From the NCBI GenBank assembly GCA_000989185.1, contig LBNX01000001.1, positions 97,435-161,434 of the forward strand: a stretch of DNA of 64,000 nt, given 5' to 3'. The stretch's first letter is position 1. The number at the start of each line of letters is the position of its first letter. The notes below the pieces were generated by a model. That model was not told the origin of the DNA. It worked only from the letters and a program-made list of their open reading frames with translations, and ran no database searches. Source of the stretch: a candidate division TM6 bacterium GW2011_GWF2_28_16. GTDB lineage: Bacteria; Babelota; Babeliae; Babelales; UASB340. A program made the position numbers and the translations under genes. Below are positions 27,865-37,199 of the stretch, piece by piece.

Positions 27865-28491
27865 ACAATATTGAGTTAAAAGATCACTTAAATAACTATC
27901 TTGAGATTTAAATATTGTATTTATAGAATTAATAACCCATTTATATTCACTTATATTTTTTTTATTTGTTAAAATATCTTTATCAAAATACTTAGATTCT
28001 AAATTATTCGCGCTCACAGAAAAAGTAATTATATTTTGAGCAAAATCCCAAACTGAGTTTTTATCTATTAAATTTTTTGAAATATTTTTAATTAAATTTA
28101 CAAAATTAAATTCAAACTTTTCTGGCCAAGATAATAATAAATAAACAAGAATTAAACTTTTTAGATTATTAATATTATCCGGCTGTAAAGAAATTATATG
28201 TTCATAAATAGCTGCAGCAGATAAAAACTTTTTTTCTTTTTTGTATAAAAAGGCAGCCTGGTTATATCGCTCTACAGCAAGATCATCTTGTAGTGCCCAA
28301 AGAATATCACCCTCAACTTGCAAAACATATGCTTTATCTTCAAAGGAATGTGCTATAAGCCTATATAAATTTAAAGTTTTTTCTTTTTCTTTTTTTGCTA
28401 TAAGCTCTGCCAATTTAAACCAGGCAACGCACGTATTTTTTGAATTTACACCTCTAAAAATATCATTACTGTTTTCTGTTGAGTTTAACAT
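27835..28491 (-). CDS. hypothetical TPR-like protein
   Basis: 218 aa with an AAGGAG SD 7 nt upstream. It has TPR-like helices (…AAFLYKKEKKFLSAAAIYEHIISLQPDN…). Its 3' end overlaps the dnaE 3' end by 30 nt (convergent). Confidence 0.55.
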   Translation of the reverse strand: MLNSTENSNDIFRGVNSKNTCVAWFKLAELIAKKEKEKTLNLYRLIAHSFEDKAYVLQVEGDILWALQDDLAVERYNQAAFLYKKEKKFLSAAAIYEHIISLQPDNINNLKSLILVYLLLSWPEKFEFNFVNLIKNISKNLIDKNSVWDFAQNIITFSVSANNLESKYFDKDILTNKKNISEYKWVINSINTIFKSQDSYLSDLLTQYCLDNNLDLNT

Positions 28492-28676
28492 TAAACGCTC
28501 CTTTACTTACTCACCCTTTTTTTAATTATTATCTTATTTTTTAAAATAAAAAACAAATTATCATTTTTTATTTCTTTTTTTCAATATATTATTATTTGAA
28601 TTAGAAATTAACCATGCTATAATCTCGTTTTAAAATTTTTAATTAATTACAATAATTTTATAAAGTAACGATAACT

Positions 28677-30206
28677 GTGTCACAAAAGCAACTATTTTTA
28701 GATAAAAAAATTTTAGCCCTGACAGGCGGCGGACAAGAAAAAATTGCAAAGCAAAAAGAACTAGGCAAATTAACAGCAAGAGAACGAATTAATTTATTAT
28801 TAGATAATAATAGTTTTCATGAAACTGATATGCTTGTCTCTTCGCAATTTAGTATTCAAAAAAATTATACTGACGGCGTGATTACAGGTTTTGGAACAAT
28901 AAACAATCAAAAAGTAGCCATATATTCTCAAGATTTTACACTTAATGGTGGCTCTCTTGGCAAAAGTCATGGTAAAAAAATTTGCAAAATAATGGATCTT
29001 GCAGCCAAAATAGGCTGCCCTATTATTGGTATTATCGATTCTGGTGGTGCAAGAATTCAAGAAGGCATACATGGCCTTTCCGGTTTTGGAGATATTTTTT
29101 TTAAAAACGTCAGATATTCAGGCGTTATTCCACAAATTTCTATAATTTTAGGCCCCTGCGCCGGAGGCGCTGTTTACTCACCCGCACTTACAGACTTTAT
29201 TTTTACAGTAGAAAATATAAGCCAACTTTTTATTACAGGCCCAAATGTTATAAAAGAAAGTTTAGGTCAAGAAATATCAAAAGAAGAACTTGGTGGTGCA
29301 AAAACTCATAATTCAAAATCTGGTGTTTCCCATTTTATGTGCCAAACAGAACAAGAATGCTTTGATAAAGTTAAAGTACTACTTGAATATATTCCAGCAA
29401 ATTACTTAGATCCCAAACAAGAAAATATAAATTTTATAGAGCCTGAAAAAATTAATCTAGAAAATATAGTGCCAGAAAATACTAATAAATCTTACGATAT
29501 TAAACTTTTAATAAATTATATTTTTGATAAAAATAGCTTTTTTGAAATTCAAGAATTATTTGCACAAAATATTATTACAGGTTTTGCAACACTTTCTGGA
29601 AATATTGTAGCAATAGTTGCAAACCAGCCATTAATAAAAGCTGGCGTTATAGATATAGATGCTTCAGAAAAAGCCGCCAGATTTATTAGATTTTGCGACA
29701 GCTTTTCTATACCCATAATTTCTTTGGTTGATGTACCAGGATTTTTACCTGGTATAGACCAAGAGCATAATGGAATAATTCGCAGGGGTGCAAAACTTTT
29801 ATATGCATATGCCGAAAGCACTGTACCCAAAATTACTTTAATATTACGTAAAGCTTTTGGTGGAGCTTATATAGTAATGGGCAGCAAGCAACTGGGCGCA
29901 GATTTTAATTTTTCCTGGCCAAATGCACAAATTGCTGTATTAGGAGCACAAGCAGCAGTCTCTATTTTGTATCAAAACAAAATTAAACAAGAACAAGATA
30001 TAAACACAAAAAAAATATTAACCGAAGAATTAATCAAAAATTACGAACAAGAGTTTTTAAACCCATTTATGGCCGCAGAACATGGCTATATAGATGCCAT
30101 TATAGAACCTAATAATACAAGAGAACAGTTAATTAATGCTCTTGAGATAATAAAAACAAAAGTAGAAAAACTTCCAGCCAAAAAGCATGGCAATATACCA
30201 TTATAA
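28677..30206 (+). CDS. acyl-CoA carboxylase carboxyltransferase subunit (PccB / methylmalonyl-CoA decarboxylase alpha-like)
   Basis: GKLTARERINLLLD, GGSLG…, DSGGARIQEG, GPCAGGAVYSPALTD and VPGFLPG….GIIRRGAKLLYAY. GTG start. Confidence 0.85.
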   Translation: MSQKQLFLDKKILALTGGGQEKIAKQKELGKLTARERINLLLDNNSFHETDMLVSSQFSIQKNYTDGVITGFGTINNQKVAIYSQDFTLNGGSLGKSHGKKICKIMDLAAKIGCPIIGIIDSGGARIQEGIHGLSGFGDIFFKNVRYSGVIPQISIILGPCAGGAVYSPALTDFIFTVENISQLFITGPNVIKESLGQEISKEELGGAKTHNSKSGVSHFMCQTEQECFDKVKVLLEYIPANYLDPKQENINFIEPEKINLENIVPENTNKSYDIKLLINYIFDKNSFFEIQELFAQNIITGFATLSGNIVAIVANQPLIKAGVIDIDASEKAARFIRFCDSFSIPIISLVDVPGFLPGIDQEHNGIIRRGAKLLYAYAESTVPKITLILRKAFGGAYIVMGSKQLGADFNFSWPNAQIAVLGAQAAVSILYQNKIKQEQDINTKKILTEELIKNYEQEFLNPFMAAEHGYIDAIIEPNNTREQLINALEIIKTKVEKLPAKKHGNIPL

Positions 30207-30209
30207 AAC

Positions 30210-30290
30210 GCCCAGCGCATATGCAACTGGGCTACCACAAAAGCGCCTGCTTGCGCAGGCTATTTGTCATCCTGAACTTGTTTCAGGATC
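30210..30290 (+). repeat. block of three GC-rich hairpins ending in a hairpin mini-element
   Basis: GCCCAG…CTGGGC (30210-30232), GCCTGC-TTGC-GCAGGC (30245-30260) and TTGTCATCCTGAACTTGTTTCAGGATC (30264-30290). The block lies directly after the carboxyltransferase stop codon. Confidence 0.8.
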
Positions 30291-30381
30291 TTTCTTTTTA
30301 AAATCTCTTGCTCACAAAATAATTAATCTTTAAACTAGTATTAACTTATAAATATTTAGTACAAATAAATTTGGGGTTTTT

Positions 30382-31104
30382 ATGTGCAAAATTTTTAGTA
30401 AAAAATTAAAAATATTTTTAGCAATATTATTTTTAACTGGATTAAGCGTTACAGGTTACTTTTATTTTTCAAAAAATATTAGTTTTACTCAAGAACAAAG
30501 CTCTTTTAAATTTAGCCATCCTGATGCCAGACCAGAAATTATTCCGGGTAAAATAATAACTTTAAAAAGATTAAAACCTGAATATTTTAAAGATTATTTC
30601 GAAATGGCTAATGACCCATTAGTTTTAAAACCATTATACTGGCCTGCAAAATTAACTTTAGCATGGATAAAAGATTATCTAGAAGAAGAATTTGAAAGAG
30701 AAAAAAATAAATTAACTTTTATATACATGATTTTTGATAACAAAGAGAATAAGCTTATAGGCTCAGCAGAAATTCGTGAACCTGATCCAGAAGATCCCGG
30801 ACAATTTGGTTGTTGGATAAACCCAAAATATTGGGGTGGTGGTCGACTACAAGAGGCTGTAAAATTACTAGCTCAAGAATATTTTAAAATATACCCAAAT
30901 ATAAATAAATTTAATGCACATGTTGAAATGTGGAACCTAAGAAGCTACTTTGGGCTTAAAAAGTGTGGTTTTAAGCTTGTAGACACATTACATTTTAAAG
31001 CTGAACCATCTAGATACTTTTTAGAATATTACAAAGATAATAACACCCCTGTTTTAAATAATTCAAAAGATAATATACTAGACCCTGGAGAAAAGAATAA
31101 TTAG
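30382..31104 (+). CDS. GNAT-family N-acetyltransferase (RimJ/RimL-like) with an N-terminal TM segment
   Basis: ITLKRLKPEY…IGSAEI…GCWINPKYWGGGRLQEA…GLKKCGFKLV. The N-terminal hydrophobic segment is IFLAILFLTGLSVTGYFYF. Confidence 0.7.
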   Translation: MCKIFSKKLKIFLAILFLTGLSVTGYFYFSKNISFTQEQSSFKFSHPDARPEIIPGKIITLKRLKPEYFKDYFEMANDPLVLKPLYWPAKLTLAWIKDYLEEEFEREKNKLTFIYMIFDNKENKLIGSAEIREPDPEDPGQFGCWINPKYWGGGRLQEAVKLLAQEYFKIYPNINKFNAHVEMWNLRSYFGLKKCGFKLVDTLHFKAEPSRYFLEYYKDNNTPVLNNSKDNILDPGEKNN

Positions 31105-31125
31105 AAAAATTTAAAAACATGATTA

Positions 31126-31152
31126 GATCCCGGATCAAGTCCGGGATGACAA
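31126..31152 (-). repeat. GC-rich hairpin mini-element in the hflX leader
   Basis: GATCCCGGATCAAGTCCGGGATGACAA, which reverse-complements to TTGTCATCCCGGACTTGATCCGGGATC. The stem is ATCCCGGA/TCCGGGAT. Confidence 0.85.
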
Positions 31153-31163
31153 GGGAAAAAATT

Positions 31164-32279
31164 ATGACAAGAAAAGCAACGCCAACCGATACGCCAGAAT
31201 TAACAACTCTTTTAATTGGCGTAGATGCACCATATAATCAAATGCGTCCAATTCAAGAGTACTATGATGAATTTTTAAGTTTGGCACAAACTATGAACTT
31301 AAAATACGAGCATAGTTTATTTATAAAAATAAGAACCATAGACAAAGGGCTATTTTTTACCAAAGGCAAACTTTTAGATTTAAAAAAATTTTGCGACGAA
31401 AATAACATAGAAGAAGTTATTGTTTCTGAAATATTAACGCCATTACAAGAAAGAAATTTAGAAGATTATCTAAATTGCACTGTTTGGGACAGAGAAAAAT
31501 TAATTTTAGAAATTTTTAAAAAATCAGCCATAACAGCTGAAGGCAGAATCCAAGTCGAAATGGCCGAGATAGACTTTTTAAAAAGTAGGCTATCCGGTAA
31601 AGGGATCGATTTTGCACAACAAGAAGGTATGATTGGAGGCAAGGGCCCAGGAGAGACTGCAAAAGAAGCCTTAAAGCAATATTTTGCAATTCAATATACT
31701 AGAGCAAAAAAAAGACTAGAAACCCTTAAACAATCGCGTGAAGTTCAACGTAAAAAACGATTAGAATCAAACCTGCCATTAATATCTCTGGTTGGCTATA
31801 CAAATGCAGGCAAATCAAGTTTGTTAAATGTTTTAACCAAAAGTCAGGTTCTTGTAGAAGACAAACTTTTTGCAACATTAGATATAACAACAAAAGAGCT
31901 ATATCTCGAAAATAAAAAAATAGGTTTAGTTTCTGATACTGTCGGTTTTATTAGCCAATTACCACATCATTTAATAGAAGCGTTTAAATCAACATTGGAT
32001 GAACTAAAATATGCTAGTTTACTTTTACATGTAATAGATATAAGCAATAACACTTGGCAAGACCAAATAAAAGTAGTTAATAATACATTAAAAGAATTGG
32101 GTATAGATAAACCAATATTACATGTATTTAATAAAATAGATAAATTAACAGAACAAGAATTATCACTAATAAAACTAGAAACAGGCGACTTTGAACAAAA
32201 AGTATTTATACATACAAAAGATAAATCTGGAATTAAAGAATTAACTAATTTTTTAAGTAAATATAACTTTAAAAGTTAA
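31164..32279 (+). CDS. hflX: GTPase HflX
   Basis: GYTNAGKSSLLN (G1), DTVGFI (G3) and NKID (G4), with an HflX N-domain. The start is set at the ATG at 31164 (AAGGGA SD). The longer ORF from 31119 reads through the repeat. Confidence 0.88.
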   Translation: MTRKATPTDTPELTTLLIGVDAPYNQMRPIQEYYDEFLSLAQTMNLKYEHSLFIKIRTIDKGLFFTKGKLLDLKKFCDENNIEEVIVSEILTPLQERNLEDYLNCTVWDREKLILEIFKKSAITAEGRIQVEMAEIDFLKSRLSGKGIDFAQQEGMIGGKGPGETAKEALKQYFAIQYTRAKKRLETLKQSREVQRKKRLESNLPLISLVGYTNAGKSSLLNVLTKSQVLVEDKLFATLDITTKELYLENKKIGLVSDTVGFISQLPHHLIEAFKSTLDELKYASLLLHVIDISNNTWQDQIKVVNNTLKELGIDKPILHVFNKIDKLTEQELSLIKLETGDFEQKVFIHTKDKSGIKELTNFLSKYNFKS

Positions 32280-32302
32280 TATTTTAAAAAACTGGAGAAA
32301 TA

Positions 32303-33304
32303 ATGAAAAATATAGCCATAAATGGCTTTGGTCGAATCGGCCGAGCCTTTTTACGTAGTGTATTACTAGATGAACAAGCTAAACAAAAATTAAATATTGC
32401 TGCAATTAATATAGGCCCAGGTGACCCAAGCTTAACAGCATTATTATTTAAATACGATAGCGTTTTTAGAGAATATAATGGAACAGTAGAATATAAAGAT
32501 AATTATTTAAATATTAATGGATATAAAATAAAAATCTTAACAGAATTAGACCCCCTAAAAATAGACTGGGGTAAATTAAATATTGATGTAGTTGTAGATG
32601 CAACAGGTAAATTTTGTAAAAAAAGTGATGCTCTAAAACATATAAAAGCTGGCGCAAAAAAAGTATTAATTACAGCTCCAGCAATAGACGAAGATATTAC
32701 TATAATACCCGGCGTTAATGATAACGAATATAATGCCAAAACGCATAATATAATATCACTTGGTAGTTGTACTACAAACTGCTTTGCTCCAATAGTAAAA
32801 GTATTAAAAGAAAATTTTACAATTATAAATGGCCTAATGACAACTATACACTCTTATACAAACGATCAGGTTTTATTAGATATAGAACATAAAGACCCAC
32901 GAAGAGCCAGAGCTGCAGGATTAAATATAATACCTACAAAAACTGGTGCTGATAAAGTTATTATAAAAATTTATCCAGAATTAACTGGAAAAATAAAAGC
33001 TCAAGCCATAAGAGTACCTACACCAAATGTATCTCTTGTGGATTTTACTTTTGTAACTAAAGAAGAATTAAATTCTCAAAAAATAAATAATTTATTTAAA
33101 GAATATTCAGAGAATAAACTAAAAAATATTTTACAATATTGCCAAGAGCCATTAGTTTCTAGCGATTTTATACAAAATAGCCATTCGTGTATTATAGACA
33201 GCTTATTAACAGAAAGTGTAGGTAATCTATCTAAGGTTTTTGGCTGGTACGACAACGAATTTGGATATTCTTGCAGATTGAAGGATTTTTTACTTCACAT
33301 ATAA
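32303..33304 (+). CDS. gap: glyceraldehyde-3-phosphate dehydrogenase
   Basis: INGFGRIGR, SCTTNC (catalytic Cys) and WYDNEFGYS. Confidence 0.93.
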   Translation: MKNIAINGFGRIGRAFLRSVLLDEQAKQKLNIAAINIGPGDPSLTALLFKYDSVFREYNGTVEYKDNYLNINGYKIKILTELDPLKIDWGKLNIDVVVDATGKFCKKSDALKHIKAGAKKVLITAPAIDEDITIIPGVNDNEYNAKTHNIISLGSCTTNCFAPIVKVLKENFTIINGLMTTIHSYTNDQVLLDIEHKDPRRARAAGLNIIPTKTGADKVIIKIYPELTGKIKAQAIRVPTPNVSLVDFTFVTKEELNSQKINNLFKEYSENKLKNILQYCQEPLVSSDFIQNSHSCIIDSLLTESVGNLSKVFGWYDNEFGYSCRLKDFLLHI

Positions 33305-33366
33305 AAAAAGTTAGGTTAAACTACTCCTAATTAGTTGAAATAAATTGAAATTATCAAAAATTATGG

Positions 33367-33443
33367 GGGCCCATAGCTCAGTTGGTTAGAGCAGTCGGCT
33401 CATAACCGAAAGGTCCCAGGTTCGAGTCCTGGTGGGCCCACCA
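33367..33443 (+). tRNA. tRNA with a CAT anticodon (elongator Met or lysidine-type Ile2; not initiator)
   Basis: Cloverleaf: acceptor GGGCCCA/TGGGCCC, D-arm GCTCAGTTGGTTAGAGC, anticodon loop CTCATAA, T-arm CCAGGTTCGAGTCCTGG, and an encoded CCA. G1-C72 is paired, so it is not an initiator. Confidence 0.9.
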
Positions 33444-33480
33444 TTATTCTTTTATATATTTATCCAAGATAAAAAAAGCT

Positions 33481-34230
33481 ATGGAGTTGTTTATGGTAAT
33501 ACAGGAACTTTGGAAAAAACTAAAAAATCTTGTGGACATCGACAAAGCCATAAGTGAAAATTTTGCTAAAAAAGAAATTTCTTTAAATATCATTAAAAAT
33601 GATCAATTACAAATACCATTATTAGAAAATAAAATAAAAGATCAAGAATCTAGAATATTAGCGCTAAAAAAAGAATTAGATTTTTTAGAATTAGAAGCAA
33701 AATCTTTAAGAGAAAAAGAATCTGAAAAACGTAATATTTTAGAAAGTATACAAAATTCAAAAGAATTTAAAGCATTAGAACGAGAATTAAGATCGTTAGA
33801 AGCTAAATCACTTGAAACAGAAAACACTTTAGAAACTACATGGATAGAACTAGAACAATTAAAAAAAGATCTGGAACTATTAAAAAGTAAAACAGAAGAG
33901 AAAATTAAACAATTAAACGAAAGTATAATTAATCAAGAAGATTTTTTAAAACAATTAGAACTTGATTTACAAAAAGAAACTGAAACTAGAACTTTAGCTT
34001 TAAAAGAGATTCCTGTAGAATGGCTAACTAAATATGAAAAAATGAAACATAAAGTAGCTAACCCTATAGTACAAGCCATAAAAGAAACTTGCAGCGCCTG
34101 TTATTACCCTATTTTACGGCAAGATATGTCGAGATTAAAAGCATCAGGTGTGATTCTTTGTAGAAATTGTTATAGATTTTTGTATTATGACTCACAAGAA
34201 GAAAAAAATAATAATACAGAAAGTTTTTAA
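33481..34230 (+). CDS. coiled-coil protein with a C-terminal C4 zinc ribbon (COG1579/DUF164-like)
   Basis: A long heptad-rich E/K/L region followed by CSACYYPI…CRNCYRFLY. Confidence 0.7.
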   Translation: MELFMVIQELWKKLKNLVDIDKAISENFAKKEISLNIIKNDQLQIPLLENKIKDQESRILALKKELDFLELEAKSLREKESEKRNILESIQNSKEFKALERELRSLEAKSLETENTLETTWIELEQLKKDLELLKSKTEEKIKQLNESIINQEDFLKQLELDLQKETETRTLALKEIPVEWLTKYEKMKHKVANPIVQAIKETCSACYYPILRQDMSRLKASGVILCRNCYRFLYYDSQEEKNNNTESF

Positions 34231-34736
34231 TGGAAAAGCAATTAAGTTTTTTAAATAAAATAGAAAATAAAAATCTAGAAAACAATAACTTTTGGCAAGC
34301 ATATATCGATGGCGCATCACGCAATAACCCTGGCCCTGCTGGAGCTGGTGTTTATATAAAAAAAGATAACGAAATTTTTTTAAAAAAAGGTTTTTTTTTA
34401 GGTGAAAAAACAAATAACCAGGCTGAATATACGGCATTGGCTATTGCGCTTTTTTTCATAAAACAAGAAATTTATAAAAATTATAATATCTCTATAATCT
34501 CAGATTCTGAATTATTAATTAAACAAATGAATGGTATTTATCAAGTTAAAAGCCCTGAATTAATTAAAATTAAAAACTTTATAAATTATCTTTTAAAAAA
34601 TACTAAAACTACTTTTAAACATGTATTAAGAGAAAACAATAAAATAGCTGATAAACTTGCAAACGAAGGCATAGATAAAAAAAATAAATTACCTCAAGAA
34701 TTTATAGATCTAGCCAAGAATTTTGACATCGAATAG
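34230..34736 (+). CDS. rnhA: ribonuclease HI
   Basis: YIDGASRNNPGPAGAGV, NNQAEYTAL, SDSELLIKQMNG and NKIADKLAN, giving the DEDD residue contexts. Its start overlaps the upstream stop codon (TAATG). Confidence 0.85.
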   Translation: MEKQLSFLNKIENKNLENNNFWQAYIDGASRNNPGPAGAGVYIKKDNEIFLKKGFFLGEKTNNQAEYTALAIALFFIKQEIYKNYNISIISDSELLIKQMNGIYQVKSPELIKIKNFINYLLKNTKTTFKHVLRENNKIADKLANEGIDKKNKLPQEFIDLAKNFDIE

Positions 34737-34740
34737 GATT

Positions 34741-35994
34741 ATGCACTTGAAATTTATTAATACAAAAAAAATAACTTTATTTCTTTTAATTATTTCTTTT
34801 ATAAAAAATATAAATTCACATGTTTTTTTGGTAAACAAAAAACCACAAGAAATAATGATAAAAGTTTTATTAAATAAGCTAAGCAGCACACCAAAAACTA
34901 TACTTAGTTTAAAATCTAAAAATGGCTTATTTATAGATACAAAAGACAATAATAAAAAATTATTTATAAGCGAACCATTTATGGAACTTATGGTTAAAGA
35001 TGGTCAGCTATTTATTGCAGCTAAAAACCATATAACAAACAAAATAACTTCTAAAAAAATTGAGTCAAATAAAATCGAAATAAATGCAGTCAATGGCAAT
35101 ATAGAATATAATAAAATAAATTATTCAGGAAAACTTGTTTTTTTAATAGATAAAACAGACAAAGAAAAAAATTTATTAATTATAAGCAAATTAAGTTTAG
35201 ATGCCTATGTTTATTCAGTGGTAGGCTCCGAAATTTACCCTACATGGCCATTTGAAATGCAAAAGGTGCAAGCCATAATATCACGAACTTATGCAATAAA
35301 TTTAATTAACGAAAATAATAATAAAAAACAAAAACAATTATATCATATAAAAAATAATAATTTTCACCAAAAATATAATGGTGAACATAATTATAAAAGA
35401 TTAAAACAGGCTGTAATAGAAACCAAAGGCGAAATTATTACATATAAAAACAAGCCTATACTTGCCATGTTTGATGCTTGCTGTGGAGGGATAGATACAT
35501 CTAAAATGAGTGCTCTAAATTATAAAGCTGCGCCTTATCTTTCTAGAAAAACACCGTGTAATTATTGCAAAAATTACGAACTTTATCGCTGGCAAGTAAA
35601 TTATCCCGTTCAAAATTTTATAGATAAACTAAAAAAAAATCTCGATATTGCCAAAAAGCTTGTTGGAACCAAAAAGCTTTTAGACATTAAAATCATGAAG
35701 CAAGATAAAGCTGGTATAGTTAAAAGAATAAAATTAATTTTTTCTAATAAAGAAATAACACTTAATGCCAGCCAATTTTGGGAAAATTTAAAAGAAAATG
35801 TTAGAAGCCTTAATTTTACGATAAAAAAAATAAACAATAAAATTATAATTAATGGCAAAGGCTATGGGCACCAAACAGGGTTATGCCAACGCGGAGCTTA
35901 TGAATTAGTTAATAGAGGTTGGGATTATAAAAGTATAATCAAATTTTATTATCCGGGTGTTGATTTTGCAGTTTTACAATATGCAAAAGCATAA
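34741..35994 (+). CDS. SpoIID/LytB-domain protein (peptidoglycan remodelling)
   Basis: YVYSVVGSEIYPTWPFEMQKVQAIISRTYA, FDACCGG and GYGHQTGLCQRGA. It has a signal-like N-terminus. The start is set at the ATG at 34741. Confidence 0.8.
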   Translation: MHLKFINTKKITLFLLIISFIKNINSHVFLVNKKPQEIMIKVLLNKLSSTPKTILSLKSKNGLFIDTKDNNKKLFISEPFMELMVKDGQLFIAAKNHITNKITSKKIESNKIEINAVNGNIEYNKINYSGKLVFLIDKTDKEKNLLIISKLSLDAYVYSVVGSEIYPTWPFEMQKVQAIISRTYAINLINENNNKKQKQLYHIKNNNFHQKYNGEHNYKRLKQAVIETKGEIITYKNKPILAMFDACCGGIDTSKMSALNYKAAPYLSRKTPCNYCKNYELYRWQVNYPVQNFIDKLKKNLDIAKKLVGTKKLLDIKIMKQDKAGIVKRIKLIFSNKEITLNASQFWENLKENVRSLNFTIKKINNKIIINGKGYGHQTGLCQRGAYELVNRGWDYKSIIKFYYPGVDFAVLQYAKA

Positions 35995-36011
35995 AATATA
36001 GGGGCATAAAT

Positions 36012-36488
36012 ATGCCAAAATATAAAACACACTTATTTGCAGGTTTTTTGGTTTATATAATTATATTTTTAGTTTTTAGCGTTTTAAATTTAGCTACAAA
36101 AATACCTGATTCTTATAAATTTTTATATCTAGGTTCATGCCTTTTGGGCTCCCTTTTTCCAGATATAGACACTAAAAGCATGATTCAAAAAATCTTATAT
36201 TTTTTGTTGTTTATTGCACTTTTAATCGCTGTTTTTATGCAAAAATGGCAATTTTGCGCAATTTTAGGTGTTATTTCATTAATTCCTATAATTTCTAATC
36301 ACAGAGGCATTACACATAGAATTTGGTTTATAATTTTTATACCATTTGTAATCCCAATGTCTATTTATTATTACAACAAGAATCTTTTAGAGCCTGTTTT
36401 TATTGCATATCTTTTCTTTGTGGCTGGAGCAATTTCACATATTTTTCTGGATAAATCGATCAGCAAGCTTTTTGGCAAAGCTCGCTAA
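36012..36488 (+). CDS. membrane-bound metal-dependent hydrolase (YdjM/DUF457-like)
   Basis: 158 aa with 4-5 TM segments, LFPDIDT and HRGITH motifs. Confidence 0.6.
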   Translation: MPKYKTHLFAGFLVYIIIFLVFSVLNLATKIPDSYKFLYLGSCLLGSLFPDIDTKSMIQKILYFLLFIALLIAVFMQKWQFCAILGVISLIPIISNHRGITHRIWFIIFIPFVIPMSIYYYNKNLLEPVFIAYLFFVAGAISHIFLDKSISKLFGKAR

Positions 36489-36590
36489 TAATGATATCTA
36501 AAATAACCCCTTTTGAAGCTTTTTTAATAATACTGTAGCCTGTTTGTAGGTTATAAAATTTATGGAAGTTATATTTAATGGGGGCTTTCT

Positions 36591-37178
36591 ATGAAAAAGC
36601 TTAATTTCAAAAAAGTTTTACATACATCTTTGGTAATATTTATTTTAACAACCAACAATAATGCTAATGCTGCAGGAAATATATTTGATGAAGTTGCAGG
36701 TAGAGTTACTATTTGGGGTACAAAAGCAGTAACGTCAATACGTAGTTTTGGTGTAAGTGATAAAGAAATATGTAAACAATTGGACATTAGGCCAGAAAAT
36801 TGCAGCCCAGAAGATATTTATGCAACAAAAGAATTGCTTGCTTGTATGGGTAAATTTTCTTCAAGATTAATTGCAAAATACGGGCTAAACCCAAAAGACA
36901 ATGAAATGAGTTGGATAGATCTTAAACTTGCTGAAATTATGCCAGATCTTTGTAGAATCAAAAGCGCAGGAAGTACAGCTGTAAAATTTCTTATAACAGA
37001 TAATAAAACATTAAAAGAAACAATGAGCACTATTTTACAATTTATAAAAGAGAACAAAGTGGCTATCAGCGTTGGAACAGGAGTTGGTTTAGCAGCAATA
37101 ACAACTGGAACTATAGCAACATATTTAGCAACAAGAGCTTTATATAGAAAAATTTTTAGTAAAAAAGAACAAAAATAA
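36591..37178 (+). CDS. hypothetical protein with a signal peptide and C-terminal TM anchor
   Basis: GGGGG SD. Signal peptide …LTTNNNANA and C-terminal TM VAISVGTGVGLAAITTGTIATYLA followed by a basic tail. Four Cys residues. No family recognised. Confidence 0.6.
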   Translation: MKKLNFKKVLHTSLVIFILTTNNNANAAGNIFDEVAGRVTIWGTKAVTSIRSFGVSDKEICKQLDIRPENCSPEDIYATKELLACMGKFSSRLIAKYGLNPKDNEMSWIDLKLAEIMPDLCRIKSAGSTAVKFLITDNKTLKETMSTILQFIKENKVAISVGTGVGLAAITTGTIATYLATRALYRKIFSKKEQK

Positions 37179-37199
37179 TAAATATAAATGGAGGTTTAT

